55,441 bases of DNA. It comes from an uncultured virus (IMG/VR IMGVR_UViG_2841629896_000001). Its lineage: Duplodnaviria > Heunggongvirae > Uroviricota > Caudoviricetes. A model generated the notes under the pieces. It searched no databases. It saw nothing but the letters and a program-made list of their open reading frames with translations, and was not told where the DNA came from. Numbering within the stretch: the stretch's first letter is position 1; each line of letters opens with the position of its first letter. Below, one piece after another: positions 37,743 to 48,266 of this stretch. Made by a program: the position numbers and the translations under genes. The stretch lies in IMG/VR virus record IMGVR_UViG_2841629896_000001. One strand, written 5' to 3'.

Positions 37743-38022
37743 TTATGAAGTAGAAGACTGTACAAAGAGTTGCAGGTTAAGGGCAGATAAGACAGCGACT
37801 AAAGTAGAAAGCTTGGGGTCACCCGTTTTACTTAAGGAGCGATATAATCCATTCGCGATTGGTTTCTTTTGCTAAAGCACGCATATTTTGAGAGCGAGCA
37901 ACGATACCAATGGCATCCGCTATATGAGCGGCATCACCAGTTTTGAAGGCTTCATTGAGAAATGCTTGTTGTACTTCAATGTCTTCAAGATATTCTTCTG
38001 GTTTAAATGGGGTTGTTTTCAT
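37743..38022 (-). pseudogene. HI1420-like addiction-module antidote (HTH), frameshifted
   Basis: MKTTPFKPEEYL...MRALAKETNRE, then a shifted frame GLYRSLSKTGDPKLSTLVAVLSALNLQL... ending at 37743. Confidence 0.8.
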
Positions 38023-38311
38023 CACTGTACTCCTCTTTTAACTTTAACGCTTGTTCGATATCCCTTTGCTGCGTTGATTTATCTCCACCACATAACAAAA
38101 GGATAAAATCAGAGCCTTTTTGGGTAAAATAAATTCTGTAACCAGCACCATAGTGGATGCGTACTTCACCTATGCTATTGAAGAACTTAACATCACCCAA
38201 AAGTCCTTGTTTTAAGCGTACAACACGTTGAAGAATAATCGCTTTAGCCTTTTTATCTTTGAGTTTCTTAAGCCAATTATCAAATTCTATCGTTTTATGA
38301 ATGAATATCAT
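38003..38311 (-). CDS. HI1419-like addiction-module killer (RelE/ParE superfamily)
   Basis: EFDNWLKKLKDKKAKAII..GDVK...EVRIHYGAGYRIYF...LLCGGDKSTQQRDI. Confidence 0.92.
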   Translation of the reverse strand: MIFIHKTIEFDNWLKKLKDKKAKAIILQRVVRLKQGLLGDVKFFNSIGEVRIHYGAGYRIYFTQKGSDFILLLCGGDKSTQQRDIEQALKLKEEYSDENNPI

Positions 38312-38376
38312 TAGTGCACTGTAATGCACATGATGTGTAATGTCAATAATAATATTCCTTACAGAAAGGTATTTTG

Positions 38377-39084
38377 ATGACGCGTCATTATATTCGGGTT
38401 AGGACAGGCGGACCAATACCGGCTAGTCAAAATGTTTATCACCATAGAAAAACGCTTTCACACATGGTGTCTGTTATCCAAGATGAGATTGATGACATTA
38501 CGGACGAGTATGTAGCACAAATCCAAGAAAGTATTTTTGCTGCTATTCGTTTTTGTGAGAGGGAAACTTTTTACTTTAACGAAAGCCGTGATGTGGTGTT
38601 TGAAACACGGGCGGGTCAAGGCGCTTATGATGCAACGGACACCCGCCATATTGAAACAGCTGTCAAAATAAGGAGCGTTTATCTTTGTTCTGATCCACAT
38701 CATAAGATTGAATTAGAGCACAGGAGTCCTTTTTCTCTAGAGTCTTCGTTATCATCAGAGCAGCGAGGAACACCGGTTTGTTACAGTTATTTTGATAGGA
38801 AACTGCATCTTTATCCCACACCGGACAGAGCCTATCAGATTCAACTCATACTCTCTCCACAGCGTTTATCAGAGATAGAGCGTGTTGATGAAGAGCATCT
38901 ATGGTTTGTGCACGCGTTTGATCTGATTAAGGCGCGTGCAAAATATGAGTTGTACAAGAATATCCTTAAAGAACCCGATTGTGCAACGGCAGCTTATAAT
39001 GACTTTACCGAGCAGTTGCATGAATTGCGTGCAGAGACGTCCAAACGTCATAACGTCACACGCATAATTCCAACGGATTTCTAA
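38377..39084 (+). CDS. Putative head-tail adaptor protein
   Basis: Position after head genes; GTPVCYSY...LHLYPTPDRAY motif. Confidence 0.65.
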   Translation: MTRHYIRVRTGGPIPASQNVYHHRKTLSHMVSVIQDEIDDITDEYVAQIQESIFAAIRFCERETFYFNESRDVVFETRAGQGAYDATDTRHIETAVKIRSVYLCSDPHHKIELEHRSPFSLESSLSSEQRGTPVCYSYFDRKLHLYPTPDRAYQIQLILSPQRLSEIERVDEEHLWFVHAFDLIKARAKYELYKNILKEPDCATAAYNDFTEQLHELRAETSKRHNVTRIIPTDF

Positions 39085-39085
39085 A

Positions 39086-40543
39086 ATGGTTTATTTTCCA
39101 ATCGCTGATTATCGCCCCGATGTTTCGGTCGTCAATGGCAGCTTTACGGATACACTTGTGAATGTTTTACCGGCAGATGGAGGCTATATTCCTATGCCTA
39201 GCGCAATGGTAGTATCGGCTCCTTTGGGAGAAAAGCCTTTGGGGTGTATAGCGTTTCGAAGTGGTAATGGGGTTAAGATTATCGTAGGAGGAGCCAAAAA
39301 GCTTTATAGTTATGATAGTCAAACGCAGGGTTGGAAAGACATAAGCCAAAGCGGTGTGACCTATCAGGCAAATGAGGATAATCAATGGTCATTTGCCTTG
39401 TTTGGTCAGAGAGTTATTGCGGTCAATAAAAATGATAAACCGCAAGTCTTTCATACCCATAGTTCCGAACGATTTGAAGAATTAGGAGGCAATCCACCGA
39501 AAGCCGGATTGGTGAAGGTTTGGGGACCTTTTGTTTGTTTGATGCAATTGACAGATCATCCCAATCGCATTCATTGGTCTGGTTTGGAAGATGCAACCCA
39601 TTGGACAGTTAAGCAGAAAGATTGTGATTTTCAAGATTTTCCAGATGGAGAATACGTTCAAGGGGCAACGGAATCGAGCAATCCACTCATTTTTATGCGT
39701 TCTGCGATTTATGCAGGAACTTTTGTTCCGGGTTCTAAAATTGTATTTGCTTTTCAAAAGATCCAAGATAAGCGCGGAGCGCGCAGTGCAGCTTCTATAG
39801 CTTGTCGAGGCAGTGATGCTTTTTTTGCTGGTGATGGTGGCTTTTATCAGATGAGTGCTGATGGTCAACTTTTGCCAATAGGCTTTGAGAAAGTTGATAG
39901 AACGGTTTTTAAAACCTTTGATAAATTTGCTCTTGATAATATGCAAGGAGTGATAGACCCCGTTGATAATCGGATTTACTGGTCTTTAAAGAGAGGTAAT
40001 AACGAGCAAACGACCTTTGTTTATGATTGGGGCTTGCAGAAATGGTCGACGATACAGGGAAAGCCTTTCACATTGTTTCCCGTATTTACGACAGGTTATA
40101 CTTTAGAACAGTTAGATGAGATCTCGATCAATCTTGAGTCCTTGCCTGCTTCTTTAGACAGCCCCCGTTGGCAAAGTGGCGCACCCATGCTTGGTGCTTT
40201 TGATGAAAACAATTGTCTTGTTATGTTTACGGGCGCACCGATGGAGGCAACGGTTGTTTCGCAAGAGATGGGGGCACCGGATGGAAGTTTTAACTTTATC
40301 ACAAAAATGTTTGCCGAAGTTGATACGACGCAAGGTCTTTTAAGTATCGGAGAACGTCGTCTTCGCAATCATCAGACGCCGATCACATGGCACAAGGAGA
40401 GAGAATGTTCCTATGCTACGGGTGCTTATCACGGACGTTCGCGCAATCGTTATCACCGCTTTAAATTACGCATTCCTAAAAATGAACCTTGGACGGCAAT
40501 TACGGGGTTTGATGTTGATTTACGTCCTTTAGGCAGAGGGTAA
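39086..40543 (+). CDS. Putative tail nozzle/DNA-stabilisation protein (beta-propeller-like)
   Basis: 485 aa, beta-rich, RIHWSGLEDATHW; podoviral position. Confidence 0.65.
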   Translation: MVYFPIADYRPDVSVVNGSFTDTLVNVLPADGGYIPMPSAMVVSAPLGEKPLGCIAFRSGNGVKIIVGGAKKLYSYDSQTQGWKDISQSGVTYQANEDNQWSFALFGQRVIAVNKNDKPQVFHTHSSERFEELGGNPPKAGLVKVWGPFVCLMQLTDHPNRIHWSGLEDATHWTVKQKDCDFQDFPDGEYVQGATESSNPLIFMRSAIYAGTFVPGSKIVFAFQKIQDKRGARSAASIACRGSDAFFAGDGGFYQMSADGQLLPIGFEKVDRTVFKTFDKFALDNMQGVIDPVDNRIYWSLKRGNNEQTTFVYDWGLQKWSTIQGKPFTLFPVFTTGYTLEQLDEISINLESLPASLDSPRWQSGAPMLGAFDENNCLVMFTGAPMEATVVSQEMGAPDGSFNFITKMFAEVDTTQGLLSIGERRLRNHQTPITWHKERECSYATGAYHGRSRNRYHRFKLRIPKNEPWTAITGFDVDLRPLGRG

Positions 40544-40968
40544 TGGCAAAAGTCTATTTGACCACGTCTTGGGATATGGAGCGTATAGCGCCTTATCTGG
40601 AAGACATCATTGCATCCTTTAGAGCATATGTGGAACGTTTTAAACATGAAATCACGTTGCAAGATCTTATTGAAGCGATTTGCAGTGGCAAGAAACAGTT
40701 ATGGCTTGTTTTGGACGATGACGCGCGCTTTTTAGCGGCGGTTACAACACAGATACAGCAGACAGTTTTAGGAAAGAAGCGCGCACTGATTTGTGAATGT
40801 AGTGGGAAGGGTGTTCTTGATCAAGTTGACAATTTGACATTTGTAGAGGATTGGGCGCGTGAGAATGGCGCTTTCGAGATAGAGATTTTAGGACGCTTAG
40901 GTTGGAAGCGCGCATTAAACAAACAAGGTTATGGCATAACGATGCTTTATTATAGGAAGGAATTATAA
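40543..40968 (+). CDS. Phage GNAT-like tail-region protein
   Basis: KQLWLV, VEDWARENGAFEIEILGRLGWKRAL. Confidence 0.6.
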   Translation: MAKVYLTTSWDMERIAPYLEDIIASFRAYVERFKHEITLQDLIEAICSGKKQLWLVLDDDARFLAAVTTQIQQTVLGKKRALICECSGKGVLDQVDNLTFVEDWARENGAFEIEILGRLGWKRALNKQGYGITMLYYRKEL

Positions 40969-40969
40969 C

Positions 40970-41893
40970 ATGGGGAGCAAAACACCAGCAACGACAGAAC
41001 AGAAGCAGGTGCAGACAAGTGCACCTCCTTCTTGGATGGCAGATGTATTTAAGCGTGGTGGCAGGGATGCGTATAATCTATATAATATAGGGGCGGGTGG
41101 TAATGTTTATGGGGGACCTCGTGTAGCCCCATTAAGTGATCAAACGCGCTATGGAATTGGTGGTCTTGGCAGCATACCTCAGCATTATCAAAACCGTTCT
41201 TTGATGAATACGGTCTACAATCCAACGTCGGCAGCCAATAATCTTGGAAGCATGGCTTCGGGTGCTATGGTTGGACAGAATCCCGCTTTTAATGCCGCCT
41301 TACAAAATAGCTTAGACCGTGTAAGAGATACGATTAACAGCTCTTTTGCCGGTGCAGGTCGTTATGGCTCCGGTGCACATACAGGGGTATTGGCAAATGA
41401 ACTTGGTGCTTTGTCGACAAGTGCGACAGCGAACCAATATAATCAAGATGTTCAGAATATGATGCAAGCCAATGCCATGATAGACCAAGCCAATCAAAAT
41501 CAATTGGGAGCCTCCAATAACTTCTTACAAGGTTATGGGAATGCCTATTCCAATGCCATACAGGGGGGAGGTGTACTTGATGCCCACAATCAGAGAGTTG
41601 TTGATGCCAATCGTGAACGTTGGATGGAACAAGACAATAGCGGCTGGAATAGGTTGAATATGCTTATGAACGCCGGTCATGGTTTTGCAAGAAATTACGG
41701 TACGACAACGAATAATATGTCAGGCTCTAAGATGCAAGGTAATAGCCCGTGGAAAAATGCAGGAGTTATAGGTTCTCTGGCACTTCAGGCAGCCCCTATG
41801 GCTTTTGGTTACATGGCAGGTGGTCCAATGGGAGCAGCTTTAGCAGCAGGAGCCCCCTATGCTTTTTTAAAGTACATGAATGAGAAACAATAG
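40970..41893 (+). CDS. Putative DNA ejection/pilot protein
   Basis: G/A/N/Q-rich; FAGAGRYGSGAH; position among internal virion genes. Confidence 0.6.
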   Translation: MGSKTPATTEQKQVQTSAPPSWMADVFKRGGRDAYNLYNIGAGGNVYGGPRVAPLSDQTRYGIGGLGSIPQHYQNRSLMNTVYNPTSAANNLGSMASGAMVGQNPAFNAALQNSLDRVRDTINSSFAGAGRYGSGAHTGVLANELGALSTSATANQYNQDVQNMMQANAMIDQANQNQLGASNNFLQGYGNAYSNAIQGGGVLDAHNQRVVDANRERWMEQDNSGWNRLNMLMNAGHGFARNYGTTTNNMSGSKMQGNSPWKNAGVIGSLALQAAPMAFGYMAGGPMGAALAAGAPYAFLKYMNEKQ

Positions 41894-41932
41894 CTGTATA
41901 ATCATTAAAGAATAGTTTTGTAGGAGAATGTG

Positions 41933-43363
41933 ATGGCATTTCCATTATTATTTCCATTATTATTTACAGGTTCTATGGCAGCGAGAGCTGCGCCTCATAT
42001 TTTTAGATATATTGCTCCCAAAGCGGTTACAGGGGCGAACAGGTTGGGACAATTAATAACAAAGAGCCCCGTGGGAAAATTCGTAACAAAGTACCCAAAA
42101 ACCGCTGCATTTACTGTTGGGGGATCAGCCATCGAAGGTCTGATGATGCCAGAGACAGCACATACACCATCTAACCCCTATTTACAGTTGCCACAAAAAC
42201 AATTCCCTCCTTATACGGCTCCTGGAGCAGAGATGCCTCTTGGAGTTGATCAACATCCACCTTTGCTAAATGCACTGGAGGAAGCCCCAGAAGATCTTAA
42301 ACCTAAAGTTGATGTCCCCCAAGCACAGCCATTAGCGCCTGCTTCTCAAACACCTCCTCGTGAACCGACAGATGCAGAGAAATTTTTACAGTCTAATACT
42401 TATAAGTTTTTTCAATCAGATGCATATCAGAAGCTTCAAGATCTTTTTGCAGGTATGGCAGCATCTTCATCAGACGGTTCAGGATGGGATGCGCTTGCAA
42501 GTGGTGTGAAGCGTCTTAATGAAGGCGATAAACAAAGAGGACAGGTTAATCAGACCGTCGAGTATCTAAAGTCCAAAGGGTACAGTGAAGAAGAAGCGCG
42601 GGTTATGGCACGCAACCCCCAAATGCTTAGTGCTTTGCTAACAGGTGGTAAGGCCCCAGAAGGCTTTCAATCGTATACCAATCCAGAGACAGGTGAACTT
42701 GAATATAGACCGGTTAAGGGGTCTATGCAGGAACTTGAATATAAGCAGAAGCTACAAGCACAGAAAGAATGGGAGGGTAGAAGGATAAAAAATATGTTCA
42801 CCACCAAGCAGCAGTTGAGAGCTGGTTTAAATGATCTGAAAGCTGCTTTTGAACTCATTCATGAAGGTAAATCTAACGCGTTTGTGCGGTGGCTCACGCA
42901 AGGAGTTGGAGGAGGTGAAGGGTACAGATTAAAAAAATTATTGGAGGGCATTAGAGGAAGTGTTCTAAAGACGGTATTTGAGAACCTAAAATCAATGAGT
43001 TCTAGCGGAACAGTAGGAGCTGGTGCTATATCAGATTTTGAAAGTAAAGCGCTATCATCAATGTTTGGTTCTTTGGATGTTGGGCGTAATAAAAAGGAAT
43101 TAGAGAATACTTTCGAAATAATTAAAACAGCATTTGATTTTTTCAATAGGCATAATGATCTTCAACTGTACAATGCATTAACAGGTCAACCTATAGATAC
43201 CCCCCAAGAAATCTCTGAAAAATATTTTGTAGATTCACCGATGTCACAAGGAGGTAGTGCAAGCTTGCCAATTATAAGCAGCAGAGAAGAGCTAGATCGT
43301 TATCCTCCTGGAACAATAGTTAATTATAATGGTCATCCAGTATATAAGGGAGCAAAAAGATGA
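41933..43363 (+). CDS. Putative DNA ejection protein
   Basis: Long helical ORF; NQTVEYLKSKG, GAGAISDFE. Confidence 0.55.
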   Translation: MAFPLLFPLLFTGSMAARAAPHIFRYIAPKAVTGANRLGQLITKSPVGKFVTKYPKTAAFTVGGSAIEGLMMPETAHTPSNPYLQLPQKQFPPYTAPGAEMPLGVDQHPPLLNALEEAPEDLKPKVDVPQAQPLAPASQTPPREPTDAEKFLQSNTYKFFQSDAYQKLQDLFAGMAASSSDGSGWDALASGVKRLNEGDKQRGQVNQTVEYLKSKGYSEEEARVMARNPQMLSALLTGGKAPEGFQSYTNPETGELEYRPVKGSMQELEYKQKLQAQKEWEGRRIKNMFTTKQQLRAGLNDLKAAFELIHEGKSNAFVRWLTQGVGGGEGYRLKKLLEGIRGSVLKTVFENLKSMSSSGTVGAGAISDFESKALSSMFGSLDVGRNKKELENTFEIIKTAFDFFNRHNDLQLYNALTGQPIDTPQEISEKYFVDSPMSQGGSASLPIISSREELDRYPPGTIVNYNGHPVYKGAKR

Positions 43364-45558
43364 TAAACAATAAACGTTATCGACCAGGAGATCGAATTCT
43401 TGAACTTGGTGATGATGTTTACGTAGCCGATTATCCTCTTAATCCCAGCAATTCAGGTAAACGTTATCGACCAGGAGATCGAGTTCTTGAACTTGGTGAT
43501 GATGTTTATGTAGCCGACTATCCTTTATATAATAATTCTTATGAGGAAGAAGCAGAACATCCCGAAATCACGCAAAGTGAAGCTTTTTTGAACTCTTTAA
43601 AGCATGGTTTGAGTTTTAATTTAGATGATGAGATTGCAGGGCTCACAGCGGCAGGACGTGATTCTGATGATGATTTGGCAATATTGGCTTTTTTGAAGGG
43701 GTTTGGAAAATATTGGTTCTCTAGAGATAAGCAAGCCAGAGAGAAATATGAGAAAGAAGCCAATAGAATACGTGATTATTATCGTAGGATGAATGATCAA
43801 CATTATTGGACTTCTTTTGCCGGAAATGCTTTAGGGGCGGCAATTCCTTCACTTGCAACTTTAGGGACAGGAGCGTTAGCCTCAGGAGCACGCTTTGTAG
43901 CGCCTAGACTCACAAATAGTCTTGCAGGGTCAAAGTTAGGTCAATTGTTCTTAAAAGCAGGTCAGTTACCACCAAGTCGATTTGCAAGTCCTTTTTTAGG
44001 CATCACGCATAAAACAACGTTGCCTCATTTACTTAAAGTAGGTGCAGCATCTGGTGCATTACACGGTGCAGGAGAAGGGGAAGGGCTTGGGAATACACTT
44101 ACAAGTACAGCAACTGGTGCAGGTTTAGGAGCGGCAGGGACAGCCGTTGGAAGTGCTTTAGGTCATTTGGCTGGTTCTACTGTTGGTGGAATAGGAAGAC
44201 TTTTTTCTCCTTCTCATAAGGAAGGTGTTGCAACAGATACGTTAAGAGCAATCAGTAAACATTTAGGCAATGAAGCTTCTGAAGATCTAGGAAAATCTTT
44301 TAAGAATGCGGTCTCTACCGATTATGTAGCTGATCATAGTCCTTTTTTACAAGATCTTGTTTTTGATATCGCGAAAAGAAACCAAGGAGCTTATCTTGAT
44401 TTGACTAAAAGAGCTGGGCAGAGAGCGCTGGGAGGAGGGGAGCGTATTCATCAGGCAGCAGATGAACACTTTGTTCCTCGTCAAAATGTCACAGGTTTAA
44501 AAGATGATCTTATCGCGAGTAGAGAAGCAGAATCACATACTCTTTACGAAATAGCCAAGAAAACGCCGATAGGAGAAAAATATTATGGTGCTCTTAATGA
44601 ATTAATGAAGCGTCCATACTTCAAACAAGCTTATGATGAAGGACTAAAGCGGTTTATTACGGATGGCAACAACGTTAGTCCGTTTTCTTCTCAAAAATTT
44701 AGTCTCCTTAAGGAGAAACCAAACATGGGGGCTCTTCATAAGACTAAGGAGGTTGTCGATTTAATGATAAGGACGGAAAAGAAACAAGGAGATAATAGCC
44801 AAGTTCGTAGTTTAGTAGGCATTCAGAAAAAGTTATTAGAGCTTATGGATGATATCTCGTCTGAATATAAGAAGGGACGGGCATTATATCATCAATATAG
44901 TTCAGATGTAGATGCTATGGATGAAGGTTCCAAAATTCTTAGAAAGTCAGTTAATAAGGATAAATTCAGTAAAACTTTTGATGAATTATCAGAGGGAGAA
45001 CAAGAATACTTTAAAAAGGGATCAAGAGCAAAACTTTTACAAGGTATGGGGCAAGCAGGAGATCAAGTTTCCAAGGCAAAGGAGATTTTTGGTACGAATG
45101 ATCTGTATGAACGATTTGCAAAGATTTATGGAGCAGATAAAGCTTCTGCTGTTAAGAAGGTTGTTGATAGAGAAGCTAATTATGCAGATATTTATAACAG
45201 AATACCAAATCGTATAGCAGATAAAGATATATCTTTTACCCATAATGTCAGTATACCAACGAGTACCCGTGATGCCGCCTTTCAAACAGGAAGAGCAGCG
45301 GTGAAAGCCTCTTGGATTCCTTTCAAACAAGCAGCATCTAGAGAGCGTCAACGGATTGAAAAAGATGTTGTCAAATTGTTAACAGGGGGGACACAGATTC
45401 CGAATGATAAAATTGCAAAGCTCATTCAAGATATGATTAAAGCGCAAGAAAAGGGATACGCTACAAAAGAATGGGTGAAAAAACTATCTGCTGCTTTGTT
45501 TGGAGGTGGAGGGAAAGCCTTAACAGAGGAATTGAATGTACTGAGTGCATTTGAATAA
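43360..45558 (+). CDS. Putative large ejection/internal virion protein
   Basis: 732 aa with GA-rich membrane-interacting segments and an N-terminal 23-aa duplication. Confidence 0.55.
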   Translation: MINNKRYRPGDRILELGDDVYVADYPLNPSNSGKRYRPGDRVLELGDDVYVADYPLYNNSYEEEAEHPEITQSEAFLNSLKHGLSFNLDDEIAGLTAAGRDSDDDLAILAFLKGFGKYWFSRDKQAREKYEKEANRIRDYYRRMNDQHYWTSFAGNALGAAIPSLATLGTGALASGARFVAPRLTNSLAGSKLGQLFLKAGQLPPSRFASPFLGITHKTTLPHLLKVGAASGALHGAGEGEGLGNTLTSTATGAGLGAAGTAVGSALGHLAGSTVGGIGRLFSPSHKEGVATDTLRAISKHLGNEASEDLGKSFKNAVSTDYVADHSPFLQDLVFDIAKRNQGAYLDLTKRAGQRALGGGERIHQAADEHFVPRQNVTGLKDDLIASREAESHTLYEIAKKTPIGEKYYGALNELMKRPYFKQAYDEGLKRFITDGNNVSPFSSQKFSLLKEKPNMGALHKTKEVVDLMIRTEKKQGDNSQVRSLVGIQKKLLELMDDISSEYKKGRALYHQYSSDVDAMDEGSKILRKSVNKDKFSKTFDELSEGEQEYFKKGSRAKLLQGMGQAGDQVSKAKEIFGTNDLYERFAKIYGADKASAVKKVVDREANYADIYNRIPNRIADKDISFTHNVSIPTSTRDAAFQTGRAAVKASWIPFKQAASRERQRIEKDVVKLLTGGTQIPNDKIAKLIQDMIKAQEKGYATKEWVKKLSAALFGGGGKALTEELNVLSAFE

Positions 45559-45575
45559 GGGAAGAGATTTAAGCT

Positions 45576-46223
45576 ATGCCTCGTTATAATCCTTCAGTCG
45601 ATCAAGCAATCCGTCAAGCAGCAGCGCGATATGGTTTGCCCGAAAGCTATTTATACCGTGTTGCGCAAGTTGAAAGTGGCGGCAATCCCAATGCAAGGAA
45701 TCCACGTTCATCTGCGGGTGGGTTGTACCAATTTATAGACAGCACCGCCAAACAATATGGTTTGCAAGACCGTTTTGACCCCATGCAGGCAGCCGATGCC
45801 ATGGGGCGGTTGACCCTTGATAATCGCAATCATTTAAGCCGTGTATTGGGAAGAGCGCCTACTGATGCGGAATTGTATTTAGCCCATCAACAAGGGGCAG
45901 GTGGAGCCGCACGTCTTTTGCAAAATCCCCATGCCAATGCAGCGCAAATTGTTGGCAGCAATGCGGTTGGTTTGAATGGTGGCAACAGCGGCATGCGTGC
46001 AAGTGATTTTGTTAACCGTGTGTTACAGATGTACGGAGGGCAGCCTTATAGGGCAAGTCCTATAGCAAGGGGGGGCTTTGGCAATAGAGCCAACTTGTTA
46101 GAGGTTTTGAGGGCATTATTAGCATCACAAGAAGAAACTTTAGAAGAAGAGAGTGATGAAGATGATAATCTTTTGATGACGCCATTCATGCGGGCATTTT
46201 ACGGACCATTTTACCGAAATTAG
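45576..46223 (+). CDS. Lytic transglycosylase (SLT domain)
   Basis: VAQVESGGNPNA..SSAGGLYQF...LYLAHQQG. Confidence 0.92.
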   Translation: MPRYNPSVDQAIRQAAARYGLPESYLYRVAQVESGGNPNARNPRSSAGGLYQFIDSTAKQYGLQDRFDPMQAADAMGRLTLDNRNHLSRVLGRAPTDAELYLAHQQGAGGAARLLQNPHANAAQIVGSNAVGLNGGNSGMRASDFVNRVLQMYGGQPYRASPIARGGFGNRANLLEVLRALLASQEETLEEESDEDDNLLMTPFMRAFYGPFYRN

Positions 46224-46235
46224 GATTCATGAGAG

Positions 46236-47237
46236 ATGTCAACGATTTATGATTGGTCGCTTAGAGCGGCGGATAATACGCGTTGTGATGCTTCAATTGA
46301 TTGGTCAGAGGGACAGCATCCTAGCAGTGTAAACAAGAGCGCCCGTGTGATGATGCAACGCGTAAAGGAATATTTATCCGATACGGGTGGAGCGCTTGAA
46401 GGCATTGTTACCAATGACCATGTTCAACAAACGAGCACGATACGTCTTCAAAGCCAATCGCAATTTTTAGAGTATAAGAATGGGATTGTTTTGCGCTTTA
46501 TGGCAACGGGCAGGAATGTTGGGGCAAGCACGATGTTCCTTAATGCTTTAGATGGCAAGCCGGTTTATAAAGCAACAGAATTAGGGGTTGGTCCTTTATT
46601 GGGAGGGGAACTCCAAGAAGGGTGTGTTTATACAGTGGTGTCTTGTGAAGATTATTGGCATCTTGTTAATCCTACCCCTATGCCAAGAGAAGAAGAAAGC
46701 AGTCTTTATCCTACTGGATTTATAGGCACGTTTGGTATGCGTGATGTTCCAAAAGATTGGTTAATTTGCGATGGGAAGGCTTATTTGCGTCGTGACTATC
46801 GCGATTTATTTGAGACGATAGGAACGGTTTGGGGAGAAGGAGATAGTGTAACGACATTTAATGTTCCGGATTTTCGAGGAATGTTTTTACGGGGAGTTGA
46901 TGGTGGCAGTAATCGAGACCCCAATCGTCGATTTGGAAGTATTCAGACAGATTTAATCCAGTCTCACCAACATGAAGGTCAAGCCCTTTCGATGCCTCAT
47001 TTTACCAGCAACGAAAACTTTTGGGATGGGAATACGACGGAGGTATTAGGTTATCGTCTAGGCTTGTTTGGAGGAGGGGCTCTAGCAAATTTTATGGGCA
47101 TAGAGCGTGATAATTTAGGGAGTCACGTTGCAACCCCCTATTCCTTTGATGAGACTCAAGAAGTTATTTTGGAAAGCACTGGAGAAGGCGAAACGCGTCC
47201 AGTCAATGTGAGTGTTCTGTTTGCGATTAAGACATGA
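46236..47237 (+). CDS. Tail fibre with tail-collar domain, copy 1
   Basis: PTGFI..WLICDGKAY...LFETIGTVWG.GD..TTFNVPDFRGMFLRG...ETRPVNVS..IKT. Confidence 0.9.
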   Translation: MSTIYDWSLRAADNTRCDASIDWSEGQHPSSVNKSARVMMQRVKEYLSDTGGALEGIVTNDHVQQTSTIRLQSQSQFLEYKNGIVLRFMATGRNVGASTMFLNALDGKPVYKATELGVGPLLGGELQEGCVYTVVSCEDYWHLVNPTPMPREEESSLYPTGFIGTFGMRDVPKDWLICDGKAYLRRDYRDLFETIGTVWGEGDSVTTFNVPDFRGMFLRGVDGGSNRDPNRRFGSIQTDLIQSHQHEGQALSMPHFTSNENFWDGNTTEVLGYRLGLFGGGALANFMGIERDNLGSHVATPYSFDETQEVILESTGEGETRPVNVSVLFAIKT

Positions 47238-47245
47238 GGTTTAAG

Positions 47246-48259
47246 ATGTCGACGATTTATGATTGGTCTTTGAGAGCCTCTGAGAATGCGTATTGTGATG
47301 GGTTGATTAATTGGTCAGAGGGACAGCGCCCTAGTAGCGTGAATAATAGTGCTCGTTTTATGATGCAAAGGGTGCGTGAGTATTTATCGGATACGAGTGG
47401 TGTGATTGAAAGCACGTTTACGGTTGATGCTGAACAGCAGACAACGTTGATAAGACTTCAAAGCCAATCGCGTTTTTTGAAATATAAGAATGGGATATCG
47501 CTTTGTTTTAAAGCGAAGAGCAAGAATGTAGGGGCGACCACGATTGCTTTGAATGATTTATCCGCCAAGCCCGTTTACAAGGCGACGGAATTAGGCATCA
47601 GTCCTTTATCGGGAGGGGAATTTCAAAAGGGGTGCATTTATAGCTTGGTCTATAGAGCAGATGCTTGGCATGTCTTAAATCCTACGCCGGTTTCTTTACC
47701 ACCAGAGCCGATTCTCCCCGTTTATCCTGCAGGGACGATAGGGATTTTTGGGATGCAAGTTTTGCCGGAGGGCTGGTTATTATGTGATGGCAAGGCTTAT
47801 TTGCGCAGTGATTATCCTGCACTTTATGAAGCGATATGGATCAGGTGGGGGGGCAGTGATAGTGTTACCCATTTTAATGTTCCCGATTTGCGTGGTGTTT
47901 TTTTGCGTGGCGTTGATGATGACCGCGAGATAGACCGTTTTCGTTATTTGGGGACTTTACAGAAAGACGCGATAAGAAAGCATGAACATGGGGGTCACAC
48001 CGTTACGATTTTTAATGATGAAAATGAGGAAGAGAGTTGGTATGGTGATATGACGATCATCTGGGGTTATGCACTTAATGACCAGCAAAGGTTAAAGCTA
48101 GCCGAACGTTTGGGGGTGAGAGCAGAGGATATACGGGTTCGTCATTCGCTAGCTTTTCCTCATACACACCTTCATATGCGTGATGTTGCGTTGGCAAGTT
48201 CCGGTGTCAGTGAGACACGTCCGATTAATATGAGTGTTGTGTTTGCGATCAAGACGTGA
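47246..48259 (+). CDS. Tail fibre with tail-collar domain, copy 2
   Basis: Same MSTIYDWSL N-terminus and collar motif. Confidence 0.9.
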   Translation: MSTIYDWSLRASENAYCDGLINWSEGQRPSSVNNSARFMMQRVREYLSDTSGVIESTFTVDAEQQTTLIRLQSQSRFLKYKNGISLCFKAKSKNVGATTIALNDLSAKPVYKATELGISPLSGGEFQKGCIYSLVYRADAWHVLNPTPVSLPPEPILPVYPAGTIGIFGMQVLPEGWLLCDGKAYLRSDYPALYEAIWIRWGGSDSVTHFNVPDLRGVFLRGVDDDREIDRFRYLGTLQKDAIRKHEHGGHTVTIFNDENEEESWYGDMTIIWGYALNDQQRLKLAERLGVRAEDIRVRHSLAFPHTHLHMRDVALASSGVSETRPINMSVVFAIKT

Positions 48260-48266
48260 GGTTAAG

